Shown here: positions 13,493 through 42,000 of the stretch, one piece after another
Layout: every line of letters begins with the position of its first letter
How positions within the stretch are numbered: position 1 is the first letter of the stretch
From: Balanoglossus misakiensis
Taxonomy: Eukaryota > Animalia > Hemichordata
DNA length: 64,000 nucleotides
Direction of reading: 5' to 3'
Assembly: GCA_040954595.2 (NCBI GenBank)
Contig: CM082578.2
Coordinates: 16,871,603-16,935,602 of the forward strand
Made by a program: the position numbers and the translations under genes
Notes under the pieces: generated by a model
The model's input: only the letters and a program-made list of their open reading frames with translations
Databases searched by the model: none
What the model was told of the DNA's origin: nothing

Positions 13493-16400
13493 TCAAATTT
13501 TACTCTGGCCGCTCATGGCTGTGACAATACTGTGCAGGGCATGCAGCTCTGATTTGCAAGCATTGTACATCTCCTCCAGTTTAGTGTCCAGGACATCTAT
13601 CTGTCTCAAGACAGCCGCTGGTGTCACACTGTGATCCTCATCAAATGCATCACCTGGCTGTGATGATGCCGGCTTCACGTGAACAATCTTTGGCGGGTAG
13701 CTGGCATGCTCGCTGGAGGTACTCTCGCGATGCCAGACAGTCTGTGGTACTGTGTGGATTTCCTAGAATAGATGGAATGGGAAAAAACTGACTGCAAATG
13801 ACTGCTTTCATCACACATTTGGGAGATTAAACCCATACATAACAGCTAGTGCCCATACGGATGATCCTGACAAATGTCATGAGATTGGTTTCCATATGTT
13901 GAGACATAGTGTATTCTTTGTGACACATACCAAATGATACAAAAGTATCTGGTAATATTGTCATACACAAAATATGTGTACTTGTAATTTTGATTTCTGC
14001 CCCGGTATAAAAGATACCAGATGCATACGAGATCTACATGTACGTTCTCATGTTATGTTGTACCATTTTATACAGGTACAGTTTATTTGTTGGGAATCCA
14101 AACAAAAGAGTACAATTATATTGGCAAAAGAGGGCGCCAATCGAAAACTGAACTGAAACTAACCTCATTTATGTCTTCTTGTGACCTTTCCTCTCGACTT
14201 GCTTTTTGCACCAACAACTCCTCTATTTGTTCAATCTTTCTGGCGACATCTGTCAACAGTATCGCTGTGTTGTCCGACACAAACTCTCGAACCCAGTGAT
14301 CCTCTATAGGTGGGTATAAAGCAGAGATATTCCGTGTCAGAAAAGTACTACCACCTAGCACCCTATGCTGGAAACCGATTTGAACAATAAGTTTGCAACC
14401 CATTGTAGTTTATTCCGAACGTGATTAAAAGTTGTGATGACTGCAAATTTCTTACACTAAACGTCAATATTCACTGTTTACCTCTTCCCTTTCGCACCGC
14501 TCTCCAGTTATACAGGGCGTTGTACAGCTGGTATTTCAGCTGCCGTTCAGTGTCCGGTTGAGTTTTGACCAGGTGTGGTAGAGTTGACATTCGCCTCGTC
14601 TTTATGATATTTACGTGCTGTGTTTTCTTCCCTTGGCGGTACAGTTTCCAGGTTGCTTGAATGCACCGTGCGGCGTAGTCTTTTCTCAACTGCACAAATT
14701 CTGTCAAGTCAAACAACAAGACATTAAAGGAAAATAATTCGCTCGTGATTATCATCGTCAAACCGACCCCGCCACTGTGATCATGATTATTATGATGATG
14801 ATGATGATGATGATGATGACAACGACGAAGTGTACTGTTTTACATGGCAAACATATTTTAATTGCGCTGGAGCTTAGCCTAGCATAGGCTGCTATTAATA
14901 TGTCTCCATTTTGCTTTAGTCGCCACGGTGATTAAAAAAATTCACAAAACATGATCAGAACACAAAAAAGCCAGCGGCGTGGTAGGTTTCCATAGCCACC
15001 GTGCGTAGCAACAATGCTCCGGAAACGGTATTCGACGGGATGTCAGTCTACTGAATGTTGCGAGGCTATCCGCTGATTTCTGGTGACGTCACGAGATGAA
15101 TCAAAAAGACCTTCTGCAAATATGCATTATAAAATGAGCACTGAAGAAAATATTCCGCGACTCCTCAACAAAACAGGAGTATTGTACACACACGATGCCG
15201 TGAACGAGATTGAAGGAACGCTGCGCAAGTCTATCCGTATGTTATCATAGAGATGCGAACCATAGAGATACCATTATCTTACCTTGTCTCTCAACGTATG
15301 CCAATATTCGCTTCTCCTGTTGAGTCAGTGTCAATCCCTCGTGGATGACGCTGATAAGGAGAGCCATCAGAAAGATGCCGAAAATCGACGAAATGCCGAC
15401 TAAAGTACGCCCGAGTAAAGAATCGGGGGAGACGTCACCAAAGCCTAGTGTTGTCATGGTAACTACTAACATCCATACCGAGTCCTGTATCGAGGATGAA
15501 ACACCCAGACAGATCATTTCCACTAGAATTAACTGATTATCAGTTCTCAGTGCAGATGACAGACCCTAAAGGTGTCATCCGGTATAGTACGATTGCCTCA
15601 AAGGCAAGTCCTTCGTTTATAGAGAAGGGAGGGTGGATCGATCAAGATCTCAAGGATCGAGATTCGCAATATTGTCTCTGCATGTTGTCGCTTTTGTATT
15701 TATGAGAAAAAACACGCCTATATCACGATGGTTCCAAACCACAGTTATATATTCTTTAAAATAAAGAGTTGCATCAAAACGAAGGAACTACGTTTCACGT
15801 GTATATGGTGAACAAGTGTGCTTCCGTCTGTTCCTAGTAAAACACTCAACTTTGATCATAAATGAAAATACACATACCTGGAATGAGTTGTAGTTTTTGT
15901 CTCTACTTGCGGCCCTATCGAAAGCATATACCGCGTAACCAACGCCAAATATATTCAAGCAGTAGAAGATGAATATCATCACAAAGGGGTGCTTCAGAAA
16001 GTAACTTTTTATCAGAAAACTTGACTGCAGTTCGGTCTGCATGACCGACGCCAAGAAACGAGTTGATTTGCTTTTGGCCATCTCGTTGTGCTCTCGCATG
16101 TATCGGGCAATCAGGTAAAATCTTAGGAAAATCAACAGCTGCATTTCCCCGGGCACGAAAACGTCCAAGAGCGGGGGGACGTGAAAAGCGCAGACGAAGA
16201 GTTCAACCAGGTAGTAGCCGCGTAGCGGTGACGTTAGAACCGTCGCCGTTTCGGGTAGGTGATGTTTGATGATCAGAAGCCTGCACTGCTTGTAATAGTA
16301 GCAGTACAGTGCAGCCACCGTCAGCAGTGAATCGATCGAAATTGCCATTTTAAGAACGAAAACTATTATAAGCGACGGCGGCAGTTCAGTCCACTTGGAG

Positions 16401-17519
16401 CGTGTCAAATCTGCAGCGGTGGTGTTCGGATACAGAACTCGAAATTCCAGGAGTCTCATGTTGTAGTATTCCAGATCGACGACCATCAGGCATCCCGCAA
16501 TGATGGCCAGGACGCACAGCAACGTGGACACCCTGCTCAGAGATCGCCTGACATGACTCTTCGCGATCTCAATACGTTTGAATTCCTGCAATGATTGGTT
16601 AAACCGTGACAGAAATGGCTTCTCTGACACCACGCTTCTCCTGCTGTTCCTGGCGGAACCCAGTGGCTCCGTTGAAAACACATCGTCGACATCCGACGTA
16701 GATATCTGCGATGCTCGCCTTTGTCGCTCAGTTTGCACACCTTGATTGTTTCCGTTGATCGGCGGACATAGGAGACGCGACCCGTTATTGCAATTGGTGT
16801 GTCTGTGATGTGAGCCTTCTCGATCGTCGAATTCCTTGAGGACGGCGGAAAGCACACTCGTTTTCCTTTTGTCCATTCCCGGCTGAACATGTGGACGGCC
16901 GCTTTGGTGTTCCTGGCGGTCGTCTTGTCGTGAAATGTCATTAACCGATGAATCATGGCTGCTATTCAACTCTTTCGTCGGAGTTGTGAAAAATCTGACA
17001 TTTTTCAATTTCCTTTGGTCGTTTTCCTCTTCCCTGTGATGCGAACTCCTGATTTCTGGAACAGTCGTAAGGATAAAAGATGGATAAGTGTTGTATGCAA
17101 TTCGAACCGAACGAGGTGTAACGATGATGCCAAATCTTTATTGCAGAGCAGTCGATCGAATATGTAGTCAGAAAGATCTTGCACATATAACGTAAATGAG
17201 AGATGCGCTATTTTAAATGACCGATGGAACCCAGGCTGTCGGACAACAGGCTAGGCCTAACGGGGGCAATATTCTATGTCTCAACGTAGCGGGTAGATTG
17301 GCCTACTGTATGCATTTCCAAAGAATCCACAGAAGGCCTGAACACCGACTCCGAATTAAATCAAATCAAATGAAATAAAAATGTTTGTATACTATTTTAC
17401 GATTTACTGTAGTTTAGACAACTGATATTCCACTCGTGTTCTGACATCCTACCTTCAGTGTCAGTCGCGTTAGGAACTACCTGTACGATGACAACTTTCC
17501 CGTCTGTTTTACCTGCCAT
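13493..17519 (-). CDS. Divergent small-conductance Ca2+-activated K+ channel-like protein (SK/KCNN family), about 671 aa
   Basis: Exons 17055-15878, 15484-15283, 14700-14482, 14303-14164 and 13762-13493, plus an inferred start micro-exon 17519-17513 (ATG GCA G|GT); total 2016 nt, in frame. SK-like segments: ELFVCAFHVPP (S3), IFLRFYLIARYM (S4), pore WMLVVTMTTLGFGDVSP, S6, calmodulin-binding-like AARCIQATWKLYR, and a C-terminal coiled coil. The 5' micro-exon is less certain than the rest. Confidence 0.88.
14792..14819. repeat. (GAT)n microsatellite in the K+ channel intron
   Basis: tgatgatgatg... read directly. Confidence 0.9.
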
Positions 17520-18847
17520 CAACGTCCAGATTTTCTACGCCTTTTATAGTTGATACAGACGCTGGCCATTCCTATAGCCTGACTTTGAAGTGGTGTGTCA
17601 GAGTCGAAAGGATGCGACGGTATTCACTCCATTTTATTACCGTGTTCAAAGCATTCCAGGATAATTCGAATTTGTGGTACACAGAATCGTCAAAACGTCG
17701 CCTGGCAACGGGAGAATGTCGTTACGCGCGCGATTAAAGGAATCGACGCCACGCGCGCATTTGTGTCCTGGAAATTTTGTTCTGCCGGGGGATGCTGAAA
17801 GTTGTTCAGACTTGTGTGTAATTTATGACTCTATTGCCATTGTCGCATATTTTGACGCCACAGTTTTCATGTTTTAAATAAAATATTTTTGAATGGCGAA
17901 ACATTATTTATTTGCATTTGCATTTTGAGAATGCTGTGCTTGGAATCCATTCAAGGCGGTGGTTTCACAGAAGGGGGGGAAAGAGCCCTGTTCTGTTGAT
18001 GACAAGTCTTTGTAGTTGTGTAGATCTTAGTACAATTTTGTTTGTGTTTGTAGTTTATACTCCCGCGTTCTATGTCACAGAAAATGACACGGCAGACATA
18101 CCGGCACAGGAAACTAGTGACTATTGTGTGGCTTCAAATCTTGGCTTTCAGTGAATCATCCTTGCCCGGGATCCTTGCAAATGCAAGTGAACATGGCATG
18201 AGCAATGCAAACCGCCATCTATTTCATCACCATGATTATCACTAGTTAAGAGTTTATTTCATTCAAAAGTACAGTTAGTTTATTTTTCTGGCAGCTTTCA
18301 ATACGGAGATAGGCCTAATGTTTTACAAATTGTGCCCTGGCCTCAAACGAGTGACTATAATGATAGGCTGTACTGATATACCGGACCATGAACCATGACT
18401 ATCTAGTATAGTGGTAAAAATGTCAGACAGCCACAAAGTGTTAGTTGCACGAATTTTAAATGCTTCGAAGAGAATTCATTTCATGTTATTGGAACTGTTG
18501 TTCACTTTTCCCGATTGCATTGACTTTCTGGACAACACCCATTTTTCAAATTTTATGGGCATGGTTTCAACGGTTCTCAACATCCGGGCAACTTTCCCAG
18601 CATACCTTGCATACAGGTTCGTTTTATGCTAATACGAAAATAGTCGTCCATTGATCAACAGATTCGGAGGTCTTGGAGCTCGACGACTACATGGTCAGAT
18701 ATACATTCGTCCAATTGAAAATTTGCCCCGTCATCTAGCCAGTATTTTTCTTATACAATTCCCCGAAAGGCGACAAGGTTTCCAGGGTTAATTTCGTTTC
18801 GCTTTTCGTGTTTTGAGAAGATTTTCCAGTCGCCGGTTTACGAGTGA

Positions 18848-32935
<14,088 letters not shown>

Positions 32936-35900
32936 AACCAAGGTACGTCATCTAAAATCATTTTGATGTCAGTAATATACAGTATCTGCACTGCTTTGTT
33001 TATAGTCCTTGTAAATTTCTTGTATATTTTAAATGTCTTATAAGTGGTTTGGGTTTGATTTTAAACACCATAGAACTCTTGTTGTATTTGAAACATCTCA
33101 AGAAAATTGTTCCAAACATGTTTATACTTGTTTTCATTTTCACATTTACCAAGACCTGTAAACAAGTGTGACATTGACCGACGTCTGACAATTCAGATCC
33201 TTTAGGCTGTATCCTTGGCAGCTTGCTCTTGTTATGCCCACATTTTGTGAATTTGCATTTTGTATTCACATTTCTACAAATATATGACACACGAGTATTC
33301 AGTGGATGAATCTGTTAATCATAGTTTTATCTTCATACTAGTTGAGAAAAAATATGCTTTTTATGTAGACTCTTGCAGCCCCCCCCCCCTCCATAAAGAA
33401 AGATAAAGATTTTTTGCTTTTGTACCGCAGAACCTTACACTACCGAAATGCTGAAAAAAAAGAAATTTTGTCTTTTTCGTTTACAGATCTTTGTACATGT
33501 AAATTGGCTTTTATTATTATGAAATACTGAGTCTAAGGCATTCTTGTTGTTATGGAAACCAGCGCCACAAAAGAAGAAAAAAAAGTCTGATTCACCTGAA
33601 GGGAAGTTGTGTGTTCTAAGCTCAAGCTGTGTGTCAAAGTATTGACAGCATGCAACCAAGAAGTTGCCTTATATGTCAGCAACAGGATGCAGAAGACCGG
33701 TCTTTATCGTGATATTATCTTGAGATTTCAAGAACAAATTTATTCTGATAAATGATCCAACTGATGTAGGTATTAGGAGAGACATTACAATTTTATCAAC
33801 CAAAAAAAATATATAAAGTTAGCTTGATTTTAGGGAGACACAGCTATTACAAACAGCTTGGATACAAAAGATAGATGCATTTGTCAAATGTAGTGTACTT
33901 GTAGTGTGTTAATTGACAACATTTTAGATTTTTGGGTAGAGAGGGTGCTTGAACCCTTGCATATTTAATCATTTCAACATTATAACTATTCTGTCCTCTG
34001 CTTTCCTCAAAGTGTCTTTGCGGAGTGTAGTAGCTTATCCCGAAATCAAGACACTCGCTCATCCAAATAATGTCCTTGAAATTGTCCCCTAGCTAAGAAA
34101 AATGTATCATTATAATTATTGTTATTATTATTATTAAGTATTTCAACAAAAAAATCTTTTTATGTACCCGTCCTGAAATTTTGTTATGAGACGTCAGAGC
34201 GCAGGCAATGCCGAGCATAGCCTGATGAGACACCACTTTGTATCTTTGGAAGCGCCATCCCAGGGTAGCAGTAGATTTGTCAGTACGCTTTTAAATGTCA
34301 CATGCCTACCAGAGTTGCGACTACTTTTAAGTTTGTGACTGTGTAGCTGCGTGACGACTCCGCTATTTTTTCACCCCTTCCATGTGGTGATGTCATTCTT
34401 CCCTGTTAAATATAGTTTTCCATATTTCCTATATTGAGTATATAACCTACATGTAGAGCATGTATTTGTTTACTTACGTCATACTTAAAAGGAAAAAAAA
34501 AAACACACACACATTTTACGCACTCACGTAGTATTATTTTGACGAGGAAGTCCTAGAAAGAAAAGGTGACTGTTTTTAATGATAGTGACCATTTATTATG
34601 AATTTGGTTTTCCTTAGAGAAAAGCAAATGAAATGAGTGGTCAAAGCTCAGAAGTAACCACTGACACCATTACTACCAATCTTTATTATTGTACATCTGT
34701 ATTTAAAAAAGTGATGAAATAATTGTTGTGGCCTTGGCCGAGTATGTGTTCTGTCCAAGTCTTTTTACCGTGGAAGTCCTCAGTGTTTCTCTGTAATGTT
34801 TGAAAACTCCAGCAAATTTCACTAATTGTTTTTAACCAATAATGTTCACGAGTTGTTGTGAAAGGGACTGTCAGTTAGCTTGACTGTGTCATCCCGTCTT
34901 CACAAATGAGACTCCCGCTTCTGCCTTGCCTCCCAGTTCAGCAAGTTGCAATTTAAAAGAGAAATAGATGCTGTCTTTGCTTGTATATGCCTCTTGCCAT
35001 CTAAGCCATTACATCAAGCGGAAAAAAAAAATAAAAATTCATTCACTGTTCAGTGGGAAAATGTGGTGGGTTTGAACTGGCGGTGGTCAAAAGAAAAAGA
35101 AATGATTTGTTATATTATAATATATGCGTGGCATTTTTTTGCCCTTTTAGCTGAAGTAGCTTTATTTGTTTTTTCAGAAGCTACTAGTATTTGATGCAAG
35201 CAAGTTACTTAAAGGCATATTCAGATTGAGTATTGAATAGAACCAGGCCAGTCAGGTTTTTGATAACAGCCCCACCCATTGCTAGTTGTTTGGTTTGCCA
35301 ATCGGAGCCACCGCATGTGACATCACTTCTGCCTCTGCCCCCCCCCCCTCCAAACCAGTCATCTAAAAAACCATGCAGATTTATCAACATAATGAGATGT
35401 TGTCACCGAGAAATAAAACGACATTGAGTTCAGCTACAGCCATATAAAACCAAATTCCAGATAAACGTCCACTTCCACAGTTGTCCTGGATATAATATTC
35501 AAATGATCCTTTTCATGAATATCCCCTACATGCAATCACTGCCCTGGTTTTACACAGATTTTACCAAGCAATGGTGCCTCAAGTTATTTTATGAAGAAAA
35601 AAAAAAGATTGTGCAATAAAACTATTTGAAATTACATGTAACAATACTCTTGTAGGGGGTGCCTCATATGATCAGACACTTTGAAATTTTCTTCTACTCC
35701 TCTCAGAATTCTCCCTCAGTTGAACTTTACGAACATACATATAATATGTTTCTGGATAATCTGAAATGGCTGAGACCAGAAATGTATTCCCTAATTCTGT
35801 ATTTGTTTGGTAGGGGAATGGACTTCTGAAATTTGGAGGGAATTGTATTGGCCAGCAAATACTTTCTACATTCCGGGTTTTTCAATGTTTGTTCCGTGGG

Positions 35901-36984
35901 AAGCTACATCATCAAAATAATTTGGTTGCAGCTGGGTCCGTTATCCAAGTGTGTTCATTTTCCCCCCAATTCACAGAAAATGGCAAGCAGAGAGGTATAA
36001 GAGAATGGGAGGCAAATCTGTCAACATTTTGTGATGGCGGCGTACTTTTTGGGGTGGTGCCGATTTTTCCTGAACAATTTGTTTGGTTTTACAACCTGGT
36101 CTGTGACCAGGTATCGCACACGTCAATTGCAGTGAATTCTTTCTCAAGCAATGTTGTAGACAATAATGTAGAATTTGATCGATGGAGAAAGTGTTTTTTT
36201 TTTTAAAGCTTGAAGAAGGAGAAACAGAGCAGTGAACTAGTAGCTAGAAGGTTTACGTATTTAAAGTGGCGTTGGTCTGGCTAGTAGTTTTCTCCAGGTG
36301 AAAAAAAATTGCCGAGTTTGCAGTCAAAGTCTAGGTCTAGCACAGTCCCCAGCAATCTGACAAATGTAAGATATTGGGAGACTTATTAAAAGACAAAAAA
36401 AAGTATTAAGGGAATCTCGCACCTGCGTGACATGCACACGTTGAGTACTGACCTCACGAGTCACTGATTTTAAGATTTTGAAACCAATTGAGAAATGTGA
36501 AATTTGTCCTTATGCCAAAGCAATCATGGTGTGATATGAAATAATCAGTGTAACTCAGTTTTGAAGTGAATTTTAAAGAGTCTGATACAAATATTTTGTT
36601 CTGGAGTATATATGTACTTGTATACAAGACTAAGATGAATGTGATTATGACAGCCTTGGTTTCTGTACTTCTGCTGAAATTTATCGTTGAGTTTGGGACA
36701 CGCGTCATGTGTGTGTTTCACAGTTGCCATTTGGGGACTCTACAGATTTTTTTGGAAGTTGGTCTGTAGTGTCAGTTTTGGATGATCTGAGCGTTCTGTG
36801 ATGGTTGTCAGTGAAGTGTTCTTTCATCATGCTACAACAGCTAGCATGGCCGGTTGTGTATGTTGCCTTCATATCATATTTTATGTGCAATACTAGCCTT
36901 ACCATCAAACCATGCCAAGATTCATTCAGGGTTTGACCTGAGGGGAGAGACCCGCCATCTTTCAACTACATCTGAGTTGCCGTG

Positions 36985-36996
36985 TGATGGTGGTGG

Positions 36997-37042
<46 letters not shown>
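36985..37042. repeat. (GGT)n(GAT)n microsatellite
   Basis: Read directly. It produces the poly-D and poly-M spurious ORFs. Confidence 0.95.
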
Positions 37043-39098
37043 CACAAAATATGCTGGTGAAGAGACCGAACTTTCCTCACTTTTGGTGGTGTGTTTCCCA
37101 GGTCAAATAATTCATGTTGATACAAACTTCAAACACAACGGAGGCCATGTTATAATTTCACATACAGGTATTTACAAGAAGTGATGTTCACCCGGACAGA
37201 AGCCACATTTTCCCCAAATGTCTGTGAAACACAGAATGTGTCCATGTCATCCAATTAGTCAGTGGAAGGGCAAAAACATCCAACGACCGGGCCACTCGCA
37301 TTCGTCAGATTTTCAGTCCAACTTTTTGTAAACTTCACATTTCAATCTTTATCGATTCAATGATTTGTGGTTGTAAATTTGACCAACACTTCACTTCATG
37401 TAATGTATTTTTCATGTCAGTTTTAGGTTTTTGATCGTACGTTTTTGTTTTTTCGTCATATTTTGGAATGTTGTTCCATTCATCGTCATCGTACTTGTAA
37501 CATAGTCTAGTCAAATAAATTCTCATATTGCTGTATCTTTCAGGTTGTTGTCATTTCCAGCTACCGATTTCTACACGTGAGCTACCGATTTCTGTCCATG
37601 TGTATTTGCCTGTTGTGTTTTGTCATTTGATTTTTGTAGCCTCAATTCATGTTCACCGTGGATGACTCGGCCAAATTTGAATGAGCAAAAAACTCTTGAG
37701 TGGGTGTTCGCGGCAGAAGTGCATTGACTCTCAGCACCCTCTCAGGATTGTTGTAAACTGCGCCCTCTACGTTCAAGTTATACATCTAAACTTCGACAGC
37801 CCACGCTTTGTTATCAATCACGACATAGAGGGCACTGTGAGAAAAAATCTCGGATGTATGCTTAGGATACGCATGGTGCAGTGGTGAGATATGTTAGTCA
37901 AAGACCGTGTTCCAGAAACATTCAATGGAAGCTTTTCTTCTCGGCAAGCCTTTGTAAAGGTTTCCAGTGAGATTACAATGATGAAAAGGTAATCATGGTA
38001 CTTGGCGCTGTGCACACGGCATTCCTTGCATTCAACTTCAAAATCATAAAACCGTTTATGCCCCTTGCTGTTTCATACATTGGCCAAAGAACACTGTCCT
38101 TAATCTGGTTGAGGGATGTTTTAAGAGAAGACAAAACAAAAACAATTTGCAGCAAAGTGAAATACTGATTTATTCATAATGCACATGTTGACTTGGCATC
38201 TTATATGGGTAATACATGTAGTACATTCGAGACAAGTTATAGAATCCGTGCATGTTAATTTAACACAGTATGTACCTATAATAATACATTGAACCCAACC
38301 AATTTATGAAATCTTGTCAAGCATCTTTTTTAGAATAGGAAGCATAAAACAAGGAAATGAATGATGTCACACTTTAACTAATCTATAGAAGTCTTATTCA
38401 CTAAAATAATCTAACTATAGTCGACTTTCTGAGAATCATTGTCTCGAAAGTCTTTGTACGAGTCACAAACTTTACCCCCAAGAGCTGTAAAATGTATACA
38501 CCATAACCTGGAGCTAATGGATTAATACTGGATAAGTAGGGAAAGTATATAATTTCAAATTGAACTTTTCGCTTTTAAAAACCAGCGCAATATACATTGT
38601 ATTTTGTCAAGTGTTGAAAATGAGATCAAAAGTACGATGCTGACCCCAGCCTTTTGTTTTTTCTTTTGTTTTTGAGTCATCGAGTTGGGTGGACGTATTA
38701 TAATTAGATCTACTAGAACTGTTCAAACCTTATAGATCATCAATACCTTTATAGGGGTCATAAAACACTGAGGTGTTTTTGGGATAAGATTACGGATGAA
38801 TAGCTAATACAAAAATAAGTCTGCAAGAAATGATGTACAGTGTGTACAGTGAGTATTGATAATAGTTCAGTAAATTTGAAGAACATGTCTCAATAGAACG
38901 TTAAGCATCAAAATCACTTGCATAATAGTGTTAATGTAAATGGCGACATTTTCGTGATATCCTGTCACGGCTTTGCATGAGCAGATTTCCACAGCTGAGA
39001 TTTGCAGAATATATGCTTACACTAGTATTGAACTGATATTGAAAGTTCATTCAAGGTACAGGTATAGGACGTAGCAGTCGTTGATTCCTGACACTACA

Positions 39099-42000
39099 TC
39101 AATCTCGTTCACTGCTGGTTATTTCATCGAGCTCCATGGTGAAGTCATCGTGATTGCTGCTGCATGCGCGCAACGCGTTCTGGTCGTACACGTAGCTCTC
39201 TGATTGTTTCGCGGATTTCTTCTGGCGATAGCGGATTGCAACGAAGGCAACGATGCAAAATATTACAGCCGCGGACACCACACCGAGGAGGTACGCAGTT
39301 AACCTTGTCGTGTTAATCGTCGTCGTTTCCGTTTCTGTTTCTGTTTCGTTATCCGTGCGAGTTACTCTTACTGTTCTGATCCCAGAGGAGGTTCCTTCCT
39401 TGTTTGAGGCTACACAAGAATAAGTCCCTTCGTCTTCTATTTCGACAAACGGAATGACCAAACTGCCGTCTTCTTCCTGTGCGACCTTTTCATCGGTACA
39501 CGTGAAATTGTCTTCGGTTTGAGGATGTATGACTGTACCTGTTGGAGTGACCCAATATTTAACAGGATCGGGAACCCCAACCGCGGCACAATCCAAAGTT
39601 ACACTTTCCCCTACATCAGCGGTTATGGTTTTGAATGTTGTGTAAAACACTGGAAGAGGGTAGCACGTAAAATTATTCAGCGGAAGTTCCATCAAAAGCT
39701 TTCCCGTGTTGTGTTCTGGTGACTCGCATATCATAGGTATGGGTCCGAGGTCCAGTCGGTCATTGTTGTCATCCAACCACACTCTGAGGTCTTCCAAACG
39801 GCAATCGCATGTCCAGGCATTATCATACATATAAAGTCGGTACAGCTCATCAAGTCCGTCGTATATATTTCCGGGTAACGTTGCAATCTCGTTGCTGTAT
39901 AAGTAAACTTCATTTAACCTATCTAATCCGCTGAAGACATTCTCAGGCAATGTTTGTAGGGAATTGGAATGTACGTCCACCAGTTCCAAGTCAGTTAATC
40001 CGTGGAATATTCTCTCGGGCAACAAAGTGAGTGAATTTCTGCTTAAATCCAAGGAAGGAAGTCTGTCCAGTCCATGGAATACTTGTTCAGGCAACACAGA
40101 TATTGCGTTATCGTACAAGCTTAGGTACCGGAGATTAGCTATGTCGATGAACTGATTCTCATGAAGACAGGTTAGGTTATTCGAGTGAAGAGAAAGATGA
40201 TCCAAGTTCCGCAGACCATGGAAAATAGTCTCTGGTAATGGCGTAATGACATTGTTGTCTAGGTACAACGTGTGAAGCCTTTGTGTTTTGGAGAATATAT
40301 TTTCTGGAAGAGCGGTCAGATTATTTGAGTGCAGATGAAGATCATTTAAATCATGCAGGTTATAGAAGATGGTTTCAGGTAATGACGTTATGACATTGTT
40401 GTCTAGGTACAACGTGTGAATACTTTGTGTTTTGGAGAATAGATTTTCTGGAAGAGAGGTCAGATTATTGGAGTGGAGATGAAGATACTCCAGATCATTC
40501 AGGTCTTGGAAGACAGTCCCAGGTAATGAAGTGATAGAATTGCGTTGAAGATACAGGTAACGTAGTCTTACCAGACCATAGAAGAGTTTTTCTGGAAGCA
40601 GTGTAAGTTGATTTGAAAACAGTTCAAGATGATACAGCTCTTTGAGATCACTAAAGACAGTATCTGCCAATGACGTAATCAAATTTCTGTCTAAGTACAA
40701 GTACGACAGTCGACCAAGACCAGGAAATACTCCTTTAGGTAGTGAACCTAGAAAATTATTATTTAGGTACAGGTAACTTAGTTTATCCAAACCCTGAAAG
40801 CTGTTTTCATACAGTGTTGTTATTTGATTATTATCTAAGTGAAGTTTCTCCAGGCTAGGTAACCCAGAGAAGACATTTGCTTGCAGGTAGTCGAGAACGT
40901 TTGAAGACATATCGAGGTGATACAAATTCATTAGCCCATTAAAAGCATTATCCGGCAATGAAATGAGAGAATTACTTTGTAGATACATGTAACGTAATTT
41001 TTCTAGACCATAAAAAGTATTGTTATACAACGTTGTTATTTGATTATTATCTAAGTGAAGCTCCTCTAGGCTAGGTAACCCAGAGAAGACATTTGCTTGC
41101 AGGTAGTCGAGAACGTTTGAAGACATATCGAGGCGATACAAATTCATTAGCCCATTAAAAGCATTATCCGGCAATGAAATGAGAGAATTACTTTGTAGAT
41201 ACATGTAACGTAATTTTTCCAGACCATAAAAAGTATTGTTATACAACGTTGTTATTTGATTATTATCTAAGTGAAGCTCCTCTAGGCTAGGTAACCCAGA
41301 GAAAACATTTGCTTGCAGGTAGTCGAGAACGTTTGAAGACATATCGAGGTGATACAAATTCATTAGCCCATTAAAAGCATTATCCGGCAATGAAATGAGA
41401 GAATTACTTTGTAGATACATGTAACGTAATTTTTCCAGACCATAAAAAGCATTGTTATACAACGTTGTTATTTGATTATTATCTAAGTGAAGCTCCTCTA
41501 GGCTAGGTAACCCAGAGAAGACATTTGCTTGCAGGTAGTCGAGAACGTTTGAAGACATATCGAGGTGATACAAATTCATTAGCCCATTAAAAGCATTATC
41601 CGGCAATGAAATGAGAGAATTACTTTGTAGATACATGTAACGTAAATTTTCCAGACCATAAAAAGTATTGTTATACAACGTTGTTATTTGATTATTATCT
41701 AAGTGAAGCTCCTCTAGGCTAGGTAACCCAGAGAAGACGTTTGCTTGCAGGAAGTCGAGAACGTTTGAAGACATATCGAGGCGATACAAATTCATTAGCC
41801 CATTAAAAGCTTTATCTGGCAATGAACTGAGAGAATTACTTTGTAGATACATGTAACGTAAATTTTCCAGACCATAAAAAGTATTGTTATACAACGTTGT
41901 TATTCGGTTACTATCTAAGTGAAGCTCCTCTAGGCTAGGTAACCCAGAGAAGACATTTGCTTGCAGGTAGTCGAGAACGTTTGAAGACATATCGAGGCGA

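Noticed and set aside
36854-37184. Poly-Asp and poly-Met ORFs
   Set aside because: They are products of the (GAT)n microsatellite.
37680-38160. Short Cys/His-containing ORFs downstream of the first LRR gene
   Set aside because: No coherent exon chain or motif; not assignable.
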